Source: Octopus sinensis
Lineage: Eukaryota
Assembly: GCF_006345805.1 (NCBI RefSeq)
Contig: NC_043007.1
Location: 70,928,001-70,992,000, forward strand
DNA: 64,000 nt
Reading direction: 5' to 3'
Positions 30,343 through 43,520 of this stretch are shown piece after piece. The notes under the pieces are model-generated. The model was not told the DNA's origin. It made no database searches and was given only the letters and a program-made list of their open reading frames with translations. Position 1 is the first letter of the stretch; each line of letters starts with the position of its first letter. The position numbers and the translations under genes were made by a program.

Positions 30343-31097
30343 TTTACGTCAGTGAAGACATGTGGCTGAGTGGTTAAGGTATTCGGCTTATGATTGTTAG
30401 GTCATGAGTTCAATACCCAGTGGTATTCTAGCAGAATAAAATAGGAATCAAAGGGGTCCATAGGCAAAAAAGTGGTGGAAAACCATTGCTCTGCATTAAC
30501 CTTTAGCATACTGTAGGTGCATCATGTCACCATATGAGTTCTCTCCCTTGTGGTAACAGAGCAGTGGCAGGGAAAACAATTCTAGAGAATTAGGTCATGA
30601 GTTCAATACCCAGTGGCACATTGTGTTCTTGGACAAGTCACTCAGCTGCCAAAAATGAGTAATACCTGTATTTCAAAAGGCCAGCGTTATCACACTGGAT
30701 CTCTCTGAGAACTACATTAAGAGTATGCATGTTTGTGGAGTGCTCAGCCACTTGTATGTTAATTTCATGTGCAGGTCGATCCATTGATGGGATTAACTGG
30801 AACAGTTGTTGTTGTAACAGACAGGGCACCAGATTTTTTTTACTACTGTGTCATTTTTGTTGCCTGATTTTCTTTGATGTCCTTTTAACTGTGTTTATTT
30901 ATATCTTAAATACTGTGTAAAAGGTGAACTTCTTTCGATATGATAGAAAAATTCTTACTCGTCTATTCATAACAGGTCAAAGCAAAATGTCAGTATTTGA
31001 TGGAAAAGTTATTTTTCCCATCATAAGTAGGATTAGTAATAGTAGAGATATTCAAGAAAAGATACAGTAGAGGGTACCCCCATAAGTTCTTACAACA

Positions 31098-31516
31098 GGT
31101 GGTGAGCTGGCGGAAACGTTAGCACGCCGGATGAAATGCTTAGTGGTATTTCGTCTGCTACTACGTTCTGAGTTCAAATTCCTCTGAGGTCAACTTTGCC
31201 TTTCATCCTTTCGGGGTCGATTAAATAAGTACCAGTTACACACTGGGGTCGATATAATCAACTTAATCTGTTTGTCTGTCCTTGTTTGTCCTCTCTGTGT
31301 TTAGCCCCTTGTGGGTAGTAAAGAAATGAGTATTTTGTCTTCTGCTACATTCTGAGTTCAAATTCTACCGAGGTCGACACTTAGCCTTTCATCCTTTTGG
31401 GGTCGATTAAATAAGTACCAGTCACGCACTGGGGTTGTTGTAATCAACTTAATCCCTTTGTCTGTCCTTGTTTGTCCCCTCTATGTTTAGCCTCTTGTGG
31501 GCAATAAAGAAATAAG
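31098..31516 (+). mobile_element. SINE family 2, tandem dimer with TSD
   Basis: Two head-to-tail units flanked by the direct repeat agagggtaccccc(c)ataagttc. Confidence 0.85.
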
Positions 31517-32038
31517 AGGGTACCCCCCATAAGTTCCAGGTAATGTTTAAGATCAGCTTTGCAAACTAAACACCATTATTTTTATTGTGCTTCAATGACA
31601 GTGACTTACCTTGCTATGGTATCTGTTTACAAAGGAATTGGCTGAGCGTGGGAAAGTTTTGTGAATTACTGATGCTTTAAGTGAATTGTGTGAATTGTGG
31701 TGCTATTGCACTTGAGGTGATCATGTAAATGAAGTTTTGGATGTCCATGAGGCCTACGTCCAGTGTCAACCTCATTGAAGAGGACCATCTTTGGGAGCCA
31801 ATTACTGGGCATCTGAATCTCATGGCCAACCCAGTGGAGATCATCTCAAGCAGGCTTTCATTTTATGTGGTGATCCTCCCAATTGGTTCGAATCCCTGGA
31901 AGTCCATATGTGATGCTGGAGTAGAGTGCTTTGAAATCTAATGCAGGAAACTGCATGAAGAGAGGAGGAGACATTATCATCAACCCCCTGTGGCTGTTGT
32001 TTGGTGTCACTTTCAGTGCCCTTTATGCCACAGGTTCT

Positions 32039-32268
32039 TATTTCTTTATTGCCCACAAGGGGCTAAACATAGAGGGGGCAAACAAGGAAAGACATAGCAA
32101 TTAAGTCGATTACATTGACTCCAGTGGGTAACTGGTACTTAATTTATCGACCCCGAAAGGATGAAAGGCAAAGTCGACCTCGGTGGAATTTGAACTCAGA
32201 ACGTAACGGCAGATGAATACTGGTAAGCATTTCGTCCGGCATGCTAACGTTTCTGCCAGCTTGCCACA
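32039..32268 (-). mobile_element. SINE family 2 with TSD
   Basis: Flanked by the 17-bp direct repeat tttatgccacaggttct. Confidence 0.85.
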
Positions 32269-32921
32269 TTTATGCCACAGGTTCTGCCTATCCTATCTTA
32301 GTCTTGTCCATCACGTCTGCTCCCGTAAGAAACAATCTACTGGAGGCAGAGAAGGATAAATGTTCTGGATTGATGCTGTCATCACCTTTGATGAGCTGTT
32401 ATAAGCAAAGTAAAATAAGCAAGGTGCTATAATACACCTTTAACTGACACAGCATGCATAATGAAATACCATTAAATTCACCTCCCATTTGTAAACACCT
32501 GTCTTTTATATAATCCTTTGTAGTTGGCAGCTCACTCAGTTAATAAATTATTGATGAATTCCTGAAGAGATTCCAAAAAGAATTGAAACTATTTGGACTA
32601 ATCTTTCATTTCCTCTCTGCATATATTTACCAGCAGCTGTTTAAGAAGCACATTAACAATATTAATCTTATCAATCTCACAGGGCCAGTGTGTTCTACCT
32701 TCTTACGTTATGACCTACTCTTATCATTAATTTTCAGAATAAATTTATGCTTTTTGAGTTAGATTCTCCAACAGCATAAGATCGCTCTGACACACCCGTA
32801 ATTCTTTACTCACCAGTTCTTCATATTTCATTCTTTCGATCATTTCAGGCAACTCAATGGATCATGAATGCCTGTAAATAATAGTATACCATTAACAATA
32901 TCAACAGTAATAATGTTGTTG

Positions 32922-32973
<52 letters not shown>

Positions 32974-33156
32974 CATTATTATTATAATAATAATAATAAT
33001 AATAATCCTTTCTGTCATAGACACATAGCCTGAAATTTTGGAGGAGGGAACCTGTCGATTCTGTTGATCCCAGTGTTTCACTGGTACTTAATTTATTGAC
33101 CCCGAAAGGATGAAAGGCAAAAAATTGACCTAATGATGATAATAATAATAATAATA

Positions 33157-33660
33157 TAAAAGATGGGCTACAGCAAATATTCTGCTCAATACCACAGATT
33201 TGCTTGTCAGTTGTTTGACCTTAACCAGTTGAGCATGTCCCTTAGTGGCTGACGATATGTGCATCTCTGATCACAAGCAGAAGTAGTGGGAGAGCATCAT
33301 AGCCATGTGTTGAGAGGGATTCTTTGGGGTTTGAATAATTCACCTCTGGAAACATGGGTGGTTCTTTCAACATCCTTAAACAACCCTTATTCAGGGACCG
33401 TTTGAGTGAGATGGGCTACTCAACCTGAAGAAAATTCTAACTGGGCCCCACCTGCAAGGTCATGCGCTGTTTACCTTGATATGAGATCACCATGTCGCGC
33501 ACATATGGTTGTGATGCATGTGCCTGGTGTACCCTTATCAGACGGGTAGTCATGATGGGTATATTGGGCTTCGTATATTTTACCCCAGTGTCACTTTGAT
33601 GGCATGAACTGCTCTCTCACTCAATAATAATAATAATGATAATAATAATAATGATAATAA
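33157..33660 (+). mobile_element. Dispersed retroposon-like repeat with (TAA)n tail
   Basis: Paralog of 27745-28250. Confidence 0.75.
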
Positions 33661-34390
33661 TACTTTCTACTCTAAGCACAAGGCCTGAAATTTTGGGGTA
33701 AAAAAATAATGCTATATCATTCATCTCTTACATTTGTGTCACCTGTGGCTTCTGTGTTTTACACTTGGTTGCTTTCAGTTACTTTTCTGACAAAGAATAT
33801 ATTTAACTTGGATGTTTATGAGGTTTTGCTTTAATTCATATATATATATATACTCCTGTTATTTCTATATTCTTTATTCTCATACCCATCCTTATATGCA
33901 TCCTCATCATATATATTGTATACATACATACATACATACATACAGACAGACATACATACATACATACATACATACATACATACATACATACATACATACA
34001 CACACACACATACATACATACATACATACATACATACATACATACATACATACATACATACATACAGACAGACAGACAGACATACATACATACATACATA
34101 CATACATACATACATACATACATACATACATACATACATACATACATACACACACACACATACATACATACATAAATACATACATACATACATACATACA
34201 TACATACATACATACATACAGACAGACAGACAGACATACATACATACATACATACATACATACACATGAACAAGCACATTTCTTTGTTGTTGGAGTTACA
34301 CAGGTTTATTGTTGAGAGAGGATAGGGATACTGTTCAAGGCAGTGTGGGGTGGAGAAAAAGAGGGAGAGAAAGAGAAAAAGAGGGAAAGA

Positions 34391-34427
<37 letters not shown>

Positions 34428-34773
34428 GGAGAGAGATAATACAGTAGGTAATGGTTGAATAGGAGGGAATATAGTGCTGCACCATGTTATATATGGGTGG
34501 GTAAAATAGTATGTGAAGAAAAGATAAGATGGATGTGGGGGGGGTAACGGAGTAGGGGAGCAGGAGAGGAGCATAGTGTGAGTGGATTAGTGAGCGGGTG
34601 GGGGGGGGGACTTGGTGTGATAAGGGTGTTGAAGTAGGAGGATGGGGGGGCCGAGTAGGAGGAGATGCAGTACTTCCCCCACTCGCCCGCTTTAGATAAG
34701 GGTGGATAGAGGGGTGTGGGTGTGGAGGCAATGAGATGGTTGATGAGAGGGGCCAGGGTAAATCTCATGGTAA

Positions 34774-35492
34774 CATGTGCAAGAGAGCATAGTGACAAAA
34801 GAGGGGAGGTAGGAAAAGGTTGTCAGCATGCAGTCCCCTTCACACTCAAGCACAGGGATTCATGATTCAGTAAGGATCATGAATTTTTGAGGGGGTGGCA
34901 GGATATGTGGTTGATGTGGTGGTATGGGTAAGGGAGATATTCTTTAAACACAAATTGAGTATTTTCGTCTCAGTTAAGAGTGTTATGGCAGGGTGAGTCA
35001 GATATGAGAGGGTGGATAATATGTTCTGTAGTAAGGAAATTATGGATGATCATGAGATGTGAAGGTATAGTATGGATACAACAGGTGGATGAGAATTTGT
35101 GCAATTATATATGTGGTAAGAAGCTTGCTTCCCAACCTCATGGTTCTAGGTTCAGTTCCACTGTGTGGCACCTTGAGCAAGTTTCTTCTACTATATAGTC
35201 TTGGGCCAACCAAAGCCTTATGAGTGAATTTGGTACACAGAAACTGAAAGAAGCCTGTCCTATATATAAATATATAATTATGTGTGTGTGTGTGTGTGTT
35301 TGTCCCCCACCATCGTTTGGCAACTAGTGTTGGTGTGTTTTTGTCCCTGTAACTTAGTGGTCTGGTAAAAGAGAATGATAGAATAAGCACCAGGCTTAAC
35401 AGAAATGAGTTTGGGGTCAATTCATTCAATTAAAAATTCTTCAAGGTGATGCCCCAGTATGGCTGTAGTCTAAGACTGAGACAAGTAATATA

Positions 35493-35510
<18 letters not shown>
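34774..35510. repeat. Left arm of a long inverted duplication (includes a SINE family 1 copy)
   Basis: Reverse complement of ~38427-39163; mirror ORFs in the track have identical translations. Confidence 0.95.
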
Positions 35511-35548
<38 letters not shown>

Positions 35549-36344
35549 ATATATATATATCTTATTATAAAAGGCAGATTTTATCTGCCTCCCTTTGGGA
35601 GTTATACAAATCTACAATATAGGATTTCTTCAATTACAATTTACCTAGCATTTTTGAGAGTACAATGCATCGCGTCATGCCAGGTCCAGTTTTTAAAATT
35701 TAAACTCCAATTAAGCAAAATTTACAGAAAACTCACATTCTGGTGTGTGTGTCAAATGCTTTTCTTAGTCTGGTTTACACCACACGCAAACGCACACACA
35801 CAGTGGGCAACGAATAAAATGAAAGTAAATAGCGACAGAGTGATTTGAGGAAGACTAAAGTGAAAGTATTCTGTCTATGACGCTGATAGATACATGAGTA
35901 AAATGTATGGGAAGCTAAGAGCTAAGAGTGAGTGAAAATGTTCTTGGAAGAGAGTAATTAGTAATAAAGTAAACATACACTCATACATACATACATACAT
36001 ACATACATACATACATACATACATACATACATACATACATACATACATACATACACACACATACACACACACATACATACACACACACATACATACATAC
36101 ACACATACATACATACATACATATACATACATACATACATATAGATACATACATACACACACACACATACACACACACAGTATTGAAGCTTGAGAACAAT
36201 CAGATACATTTGCAACACATCTGTTGAAAATATTATTGTTCACACACATACATATACATATATACATACAGACAGACAGATAGACACACACACACACACA
36301 CACACACATGATCCAGCATGGCCACAACCTCAAGGCTGAAACAT

Positions 36345-36720
36345 ATAAAAGAATAACAGAATATAAATGTGTGCAAAGTACAAGAAATATTAATGCAGTA
36401 TATGGGGATTGGACAATAAGCGTAAGGCAGTGTCAATGGTGGTTCCAGAAATCCCGAGCCATAAACTACAGCCTAGAAGACGAGCCTCATCCTGAAAGAT
36501 CTGTAGAACTCGACAAGGACATCCTGAAAACCCTGGTGGAACAAAATATCATCGTAACTGTTGAGGAACTAGCAGAGAAGCTTGGATTTGGTCATTCAAC
36601 CATTCATTGACACCTGTGTGCTATCGGAAAAGTCAGCAAATTGGGTCAATGGGTTCCTCACGAACTTTCCGAGTCTAATTGCATGCAGAGAGTGAATGTA
36701 TGCTTTTCTTTGCTGTCATA
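36345..36720 (+). mobile_element. Mariner transposase N-terminal relic
   Basis: RNINAVYG...QWWFQK...SLEDEPH...TVEELAEKLGFGHSTIH*HL...LGQWVPHELS. Confidence 0.9.
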
Positions 36721-36745
36721 TCTCACCACTACTGCGCTATGTATA

Positions 36746-37382
36746 TCTATATATATAAAACTGTAGTTGTGTGAGTGTCTGTCCCCTTCGATTTAGATTC
36801 CTAACTACTCCCACATTTTGCGGTACAGTTTAACCAAATTCGGGTAGCTTATAGTCGTGATTCATATCGAGCCCGTCTGAATATTAGCGCGCATCTACGA
36901 TGAGTCTACGATTTTAAAAATAATTTAACATCATTTTTTATTCCATTTTAATGCATAATTTTTCGTGTGTTGATGGCGGCGGAGTTGGCGTCCACGCTCA
37001 CACCTGCACCTGTGGGGAAGGGAGTGTAAGGAAATCAACGTCGTAATGCGTTGTCAAGGAGACCAGTGTTCTTTTAGAACAACGACTTCATGGCTTGAAG
37101 ACACCAAAACAGAAATGGCTAAGAAAGCGTCTACATGAGTCTACGATTTAAACAAAAATTTACTATCGTTTTTTTTCCATTTTAATGCATTTTTTCGCTA
37201 TTATATAAGGGAAGTAACTCTCTAAAAATGTCTACGATGAGTCAACGATTTAAAAAAAAATTTACCATCATATTTTCTCCATTTTTAATGCATTTTTTGA
37301 TATTTTTTGGCTATAACTCTCTAAAAATGATTATATAGTTATTTCCCTTACAAACCCGAGCAACGCCGGGCGATACTGCTAG
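36746..37382 (+). mobile_element. Non-autonomous Helitron
   Basis: 5' TCTATATATATAAAA; 3' cccgagcaacgccgggcgatactgCTAG; homologous to 23148-23530. Confidence 0.85.
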
Positions 37383-37446
37383 TATATATATAAATATATA
37401 TATGAATAAATGAAAGAATGGAGCTGAACGAAGATGTTAACAAAAT

Positions 37447-37543
37447 TCCTTTACTCTCGACACCTGTTTCGAAGACAGCATACTTTTATTCCAAAGGAAT
37501 AAAAGGTGCATTATGCAATCTTCTCATCAGGAAAGATAAGGAG
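37447..37543 (-). ncRNA. Type-I hammerhead ribozyme motif, intact core
   Basis: ctttc-CTGATGA-gaaga...tcttc-GAAAC-aggt-GTC-gagag. Confidence 0.75.
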
Positions 37544-37590
37544 CCTCTCTCAGCCACAAAATTTTTTGTTCGTCTTGTGGCTGAGAGAGG

Positions 37591-37687
37591 CTCCTTATCT
37601 TTCCTGATGAGAAGATTGCATAATGCACCCTTTATTCCTTCGGAATAAAAGTATGCTGTCTTCGAATCAGGTGTCGAGAGTAAAGGA
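37591..37687 (+). ncRNA. Hammerhead motif with mutated core (GAAT instead of GAAA)
   Basis: CTGATGA at 37604, GAAT at 37664, GTC at 37673. Confidence 0.55.
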
Positions 37688-37903
37688 ATTTTGTTAACAG
37701 CTTCGTTCGACTCCATTCTTTCATTTATTCATATAAAAAACACACAAATTTCCACACAAGAACCCGGAGTTTCTACCCTTGACAGGTCGCTTCAACCGTG
37801 TTTTCTGACGAATTTTCCATGCTAGGATAATTCATTCACCTACTTAAATATATATATATATATGAAAGAAGGTTTGAAGATGCAATTTTAAAGATGTTTA
37901 TTC

Positions 37904-37945
37904 ACTTGACCGGTTTCACTTTTTTAGAAAAAGATTGTCAAAAGT
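37904..37945 (-). ncRNA. Variant minimal hammerhead (U3-A8 core)
   Basis: actt-TTGACAA-tctttttctaaaaaagt-GAAACCGGTC-aagt. Confidence 0.55.
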
Positions 37946-38192
37946 AAAATGTAAAACTTTGTATAAGCTTTGTTGTGTTAAGTACTGGTTGTCACAAAGT
38001 ATTACAATATATATATACATTCTTTGATAATAACAAGAAAATGTTAAAAACAGTTTACAAGGAAATATCTGACAAAATATTAGACAAAAAGTTCAATAAA
38101 AATATTAGTTCATTAAAAATCATGTTTGTTTGGAAGCATCTATATACATATGCAGAAAAGTATTAGGAGTTCAAAAACAGGCATATTTGGTA

Positions 38193-38245
<53 letters not shown>

Positions 38246-38257
38246 GGCTGAGAGAGG

Positions 38258-38354
38258 CTCCTTATCTTTCCTGATGAGAAGATTGCATAATGCACCCTTT
38301 ATTCCTTCGGAATAAAAGTATGCTGTCTTCGAAACAGGTGTCGAGAGTAAAGGA
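38258..38354 (+). ncRNA. Type-I hammerhead ribozyme motif, intact core (third copy)
   Basis: CTGATGA at 38271, GAAA at 38331, GTC at 38340; stems I and II as in 37447-37543. Confidence 0.75.
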
Positions 38355-38426
38355 ATTTTGTTAACATCTTCGTTCAGCTCCATTCTTTCATTTATTCATA
38401 TATATATTTATATATATATATATATT

Positions 38427-39163
38427 ATATATATATATAATTATATATTACTTGTCTCAGTCTTAGACTACAGCCATACTGGGGCATCACCTTGAAGAAT
38501 TTTTAATTGAATGAATTGACCCCAAACTCATTTCTGTTAAGCCTGGTGCTTATTCTATCATTCTCTTTTTACCAGACCACTAAGTTACAGGGACAAAAAC
38601 ACACCAACACTAGTTGCCAAACGATGGTGGGGGACAAACACACACACACACACACATAATTATATATTTATATATAGGACAGGCTTCTTTCAGTTTCTGT
38701 GTACCAAATTCACTCATAAGGCTTTGGTTGGCCCAAGACTATATAGTAGAAGAAACTTGCTCAAGGTGCCACACAGTGGAACTGAACCTAGAACCATGAG
38801 GTTGGGAAGCAAGCTTCTTACCACATATATAATTGCACAAATTCTCATCCACCTGTTGTATCCATACTATACCTTCACATCTCATGATCATCCATAATTT
38901 CCTTACTACAGAACATATTATCCACCCTCTCATATCTGACTCACCCTGCCATAACACTCTTAACTGAGACGAAAATACTCAATTTGTGTTTAAAGAATAT
39001 CTCCCTTACCCATACCACCACATCAACCACATATCCTGCCACCCCCTCAAAAATTCATGATCCTTACTGAATCATGAATCCCTGTGCTTGAGTGTGAAGG
39101 GGACTGCATGCTGACAACCTTTTCCTACCTCCCCTCTTTTGTCACTATGCTCTCTTGCACATG
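38427..39163. repeat. Right arm of the long inverted duplication
   Basis: Reverse complement of 34774-35510; ends at CATG and runs into (ATG)n. Confidence 0.95.
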
Positions 39164-39794
39164 ATGATGATGATGATGAGGATATATATACACACAGAAG
39201 GAGATATATTTAGGAGTTTACAAAGAATTTGAGATGAACTGACCTGTTTTAGCATTTTATATTTTATGTGAAGCTAATGGTTGTTTGCTATTTTAAGGGA
39301 CAATATGGGAGGTTGGTTGGGGTGGGGGAAAATTAGAGCAATGTGGAATTGAAAGGTTTTTTTTTTGTTTCACAGCTAGTCTTTCATGGTTCAGTGGTTT
39401 TTGGGACTGGTCTTAGAGGTCAGAATGGTGTGTGTGTGTGTGTCTCTGTGTATACACACACACATAGAGACATACACAGAGACTTAAAAATTATATGAAC
39501 CATTTAGCTTCTACTGTTATTTGCTTGAGTCTTTTTTCATTAGAATTTGTGAAGGTGCATGGCTTAGAGGTTAGGGCATCAGGTTCATGATTGCAAGACT
39601 GTGAGTTTGATTCTCAGTGGTGCTTTGTGTCCTTGAGCAAGACCCTTTAATTCATGTTGTTCCACTCCCCTCAGCTGGCAAAAATGAATTGTACCTGTAA
39701 TTCAAAAGGGCTAGTCTTGTTACATTCTCTGTCATGCTGAATCATCCTGAGAACTACATTAAGCTTACATGTCTCTGTGGAGTGCTCAGCCACT

Positions 39795-40032
39795 TTACTC
39801 TTTTACTTGTTTCAGTCATTTGACTGTGGCCATGCTGGAGCACTGCCTTTAGTTGATCAAATCGACCCCAGGACTTATTCTTTGTAAGCCTAGTACTTAT
39901 TCTATTGGTCTCTTTTGCCGAACCGCTAAGTTACGGGGACATAAACACACCAGTATTGGTTGTGAAGCAATGTTGGGGGGGGGGACACACAAACACAAAC
40001 ACATAAATACACACATACATACATACATATAT

Positions 40033-40075
<43 letters not shown>

Positions 40076-40238
40076 ATATACGATGGTCTTCTTTCAGTTT
40101 CCATCTACCAAATCCACTCACAAGGCTTTGGTTGGCCCGAGGCTATAGTAGAAGACACTTGCCCAAGGTGCCACACAGTGGGACTGAACTTGGAACCATG
40201 TGGTTGGTAAGCAAGCTACTTACCACACAGCCACTCCA
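39795..40238 (-). mobile_element. SINE family 1 nested in a family 3 SINE
   Basis: Full reverse-complement copy. Confidence 0.85.
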
Positions 40239-42156
40239 AGCTGACTGTTCCTTTGATTGGATCAAATGGAATGCTCATCATTGTAACGAACAGAGTGCGA
40301 GCTAAAGAATTTGGGTAATTCACATTGTCAAAAGCATTTTAAGAATCAATTTCAATCCTTCCTGAAACTGATAATTTCTCATTAAGAAGTAATCAGTAAT
40401 GCTAAGTAACCTTCTGTTCAGTATTTGCTTATGAAATATTGTCTACTAATAATGCTGTCATGTGTTAATTAGTTGGTAATTATTTGTAAGTGTGCTGTCA
40501 TTTTCTCCTATATAGGATTGACATGTGCAAATATAAATCACTTTGAGGAAAATAGGTTTCAATCGATCGATTTATTGGATCAATAATTTTGTTTATTGTT
40601 CCATTTCTAAAGTTTCCTATTCATCCATGTGATTCTCTGTTGTAGAAATATTTCTTTGAGATATGAAAAGACAGATTTAAAGAAACAGATAAATTCTCCA
40701 TTAGAAACTAGAATTTTCTGCAATTTACTTGTTTTTCTTGGAACAACTCTCTTACTCTTCATGGTCTTTGTCCACAAGAAACTTTTAAATGTCAGCACTG
40801 CACACCAACAGAAACTTTGACAATTATACACCTTAGATATATTCAACAATGATCTGTAACTCTTTTCTTGGAATGTATTTAGCCTGAAGAAATGATTGGT
40901 GTCCCTAAAGCTTCAGTTTTTTTTTTAATACTGTTTCTGGTAGCAGTTCCTAGAAGTTGGTAAGACTAACTTAGTTTGTTACTGTGGTGTTTACTAGTGA
41001 TAATCACTGTTTTTCTAACACTAATGTATTGTCATTTAACATTGGAAATTGTGAGAATCGTCTAAGGGAAGTTTATGGAAAGCCATGATAGTAAACTTGT
41101 TAGTTCTTTGAAGTTAACTCACACCATTTAGGTTGTTATTGCCCTTAAAACAAGGTTCTAATGCCATGCAATATTATTTCCTTTAGTACACATTTATGGT
41201 TTCCTGCTTAAGTATAAAAATCAATATCATATTTTTTTTTCATAATATCTCCCCAACATTAAACTCTTTTCCAGAAAAATTGTTTAAACCAAGTTGATAT
41301 TTTATAGAGGAAATTTTAGCATTAGTTTAAACATCTTTAATCAGTTTGTTTCTGTTTTTTTTTTCTTTTTTCTTCTTTATTCTATCTGAACTACATTATA
41401 TAACTTCCTCAAAATCACATCAATTTAGACGAAAACATGCAAGTGCAGAGAATCTGTTCTGCTTCAGTATAAAGATTTGAAGTACTTGTTACAGATGAGA
41501 TATTGTTATTAGCAAGAGAACTTCTACTCAGCAACTTTATCTCACAGACCATTCCTCACTATCTTCACTCTAACCAATATCTTGCCTCTTGCAGCAGCAG
41601 CTCACTCTTCAATGTGGCAGCTAATTTCCTTGAAATGACTTTTTTCTCAGGTAGATTCTTTAAGGCTATAATTGAATTGGTTTCCCCTGGAAAAATAAAA
41701 TTATTTTCGTTTTCCTGAATCTCTATAATTTCCTGTCTTATCTCCCTCTTATTTCACTCTCCACTTAGTTTTTTTCTCTCTCTCTCTCTCTCTGTCTCTC
41801 TGTTTCTCTTTCCCTCTCTTGTTCTTTCTTCCTCACCCACACACACATTGTGATAAGAAGAAAATAAGAAATATCAAATCAGAAACTTATAAAAAGCTCT
41901 CAAACAATACTGATTTGATCCTATCACCTTCACTTGATAAATATTTATGTTGTTGCTGTCGATGTTGTTTTCTGTTTTGGTGCTGGAGAAGACAACAAAC
42001 ATATTCTAATAAGGATGCTGTGGGCAGAGGTGGGCAGGGAGAGAGAGGATAAAATTGAATTTAGTTCTACTTTAAACCAGTCAAGTTAAACACACTCAAG
42101 GAAATGCCATCATTGACATTTTTATGTATGTACACGTGTGTGTGTGTGTGTGTGCA

Positions 42157-42187
<31 letters not shown>

Positions 42188-42489
42188 CTGCTAATGTGTG
42201 TTGTTTTTTTTAAGATGGCAACAACTATAATGAAATGCTTTTTGAATCTAAACAATATACTTTTTGTTGTTGTTGCTGTTCTTTAGCCCTTGGTCATCTC
42301 TGATCAAGCAGACCCATGATCAAAGGCATTCCACTACATGACTATCTTGTCTTTCAAACATTATTCAACATGAGTTGCCAATTTTTTTTTTTAAAGATCA
42401 TGGAATATAATTTAAGAGAAATTTGACCATTATTTCTTGCAAGCCAAGTGACATTGTAGAGATTCCTTCAATGTAGTTATATATATATA

Positions 42490-42875
42490 GGCACAGGCAT
42501 GGCTGTGTGGTAAGAAGCTTGCTTCCCAACCACATGGTTTTCTGGGTTCAATCTCTCTGTGTGGCACTTTGGGCAAGTATCTTCTACTATAGCTTTAGGC
42601 CAACCAAAGCCTTGTGAGTGGATTTGGTTGGTAGAAACTGAAAGAAGCCCATCATATATATGTGTGTGTGTCTGTTTTTGTTCCCCTGCCACCGCTTGAC
42701 AATTAATGTTGGTGTGTTTACATCCCCATACTTTGGCAGTTCAGCAAAAAAGAAAAAAAAACCCAATAGAATAAGTACTTGGTTTACAAAGAATAAGTCC
42801 TGGGGTTGATTTCTTTGACTAAAGGCAGTGCTCCAGTATGGTTACAGTCGAATAACTGAAACAAATAAAAGAGAA
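42490..42875 (+). mobile_element. SINE family 1
   Basis: Family head and tail present. Confidence 0.85.
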
Positions 42876-42899
42876 TATATATATATATATATATATATA

Positions 42900-43520
42900 A
42901 TTTTTGTATGAGAAAAAGAAAATGGAGAAATTGATACATAGACATTAATTTATTAGAACATTTTCAATTCCAAACAATATCAAACCCATTGCACCTACAA
43001 TTGTTTCTATGCCCAACCAATTCAATTTAAGAAATTAAATTACATTTTCATATTGAATATCGTTTATTTCGTCAGGAGAAGAATTTGATAGAAAAGAGCT
43101 ACATTCCATTGTGTTGTTTGGCCCTTGTTAGACTCCAATATGTGCGTTTCGGCAACAAATGTATTTAAAAAAAAATGTTACTTGTGTATATGTATATGCA
43201 AATTTGTTAATGCATTTGTCTGTGTGTGTGTAATGTGTTGACAAACAAAAGCATCCATTAGTTAGCTTAAACAATATTTGGTTGGGCATAGAAACAGCTG
43301 TAGGTGTAATGGGGTTTATATTGTTCGGAATTGAATATGTGCTAATAATTAATATCTGTATACCAATTTCTCTGTTTTCTTTTTCTCACACAAAAATGGT
43401 AAGATACACATATCCATCAATGTGAAACTAACATCTTTGGTTTTTCACTGATACACTGGATAAAACCGGAGAACTTGGATGCTAACATCCCTTTAAGAGG
43501 ATTTTATATCCTTGGTTTAA
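42900..43520. mobile_element. Older fold-back element in (TA)n with degenerate hammerhead halves
   Basis: ~42901-43020 pairs with ~43279-43396; GAAAC-AGCT-GTA and GAAAC-AATT-GTA in the arms; CTGACGA on the minus strand near 43069-43075. Confidence 0.7.

Larger units (their letters stand above)
35560..37382 (+). mobile_element. Composite Helitron-like insertion (TC...CTAG) carrying a mariner fragment
   Basis: Starts TCTTATTATAAAA in (TA)n, ends with hairpin plus CTAG|T; second Helitron 5' end at 36746; absent from the inverted copy of this locus. Confidence 0.6.
37400..37850. mobile_element. Fold-back PLE-derived element: ~158-bp inverted arms, short spacer, unique tail
   Basis: ~37400-37559 is the reverse complement of ~37575-37734; the unit and tail resemble 58500-58730. 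Confidence 0.85.

Noticed and set aside
32555-32605. CTGAAGA-gattc/gaatt-GAAAC motif
   Set aside because: Stem I and the cleavage triplet are not recoverable; at most a decayed hammerhead.
40600-41720. Coding-looking stretches and short ORFs
   Set aside because: No recognisable motif or splice-consistent frame on either strand.
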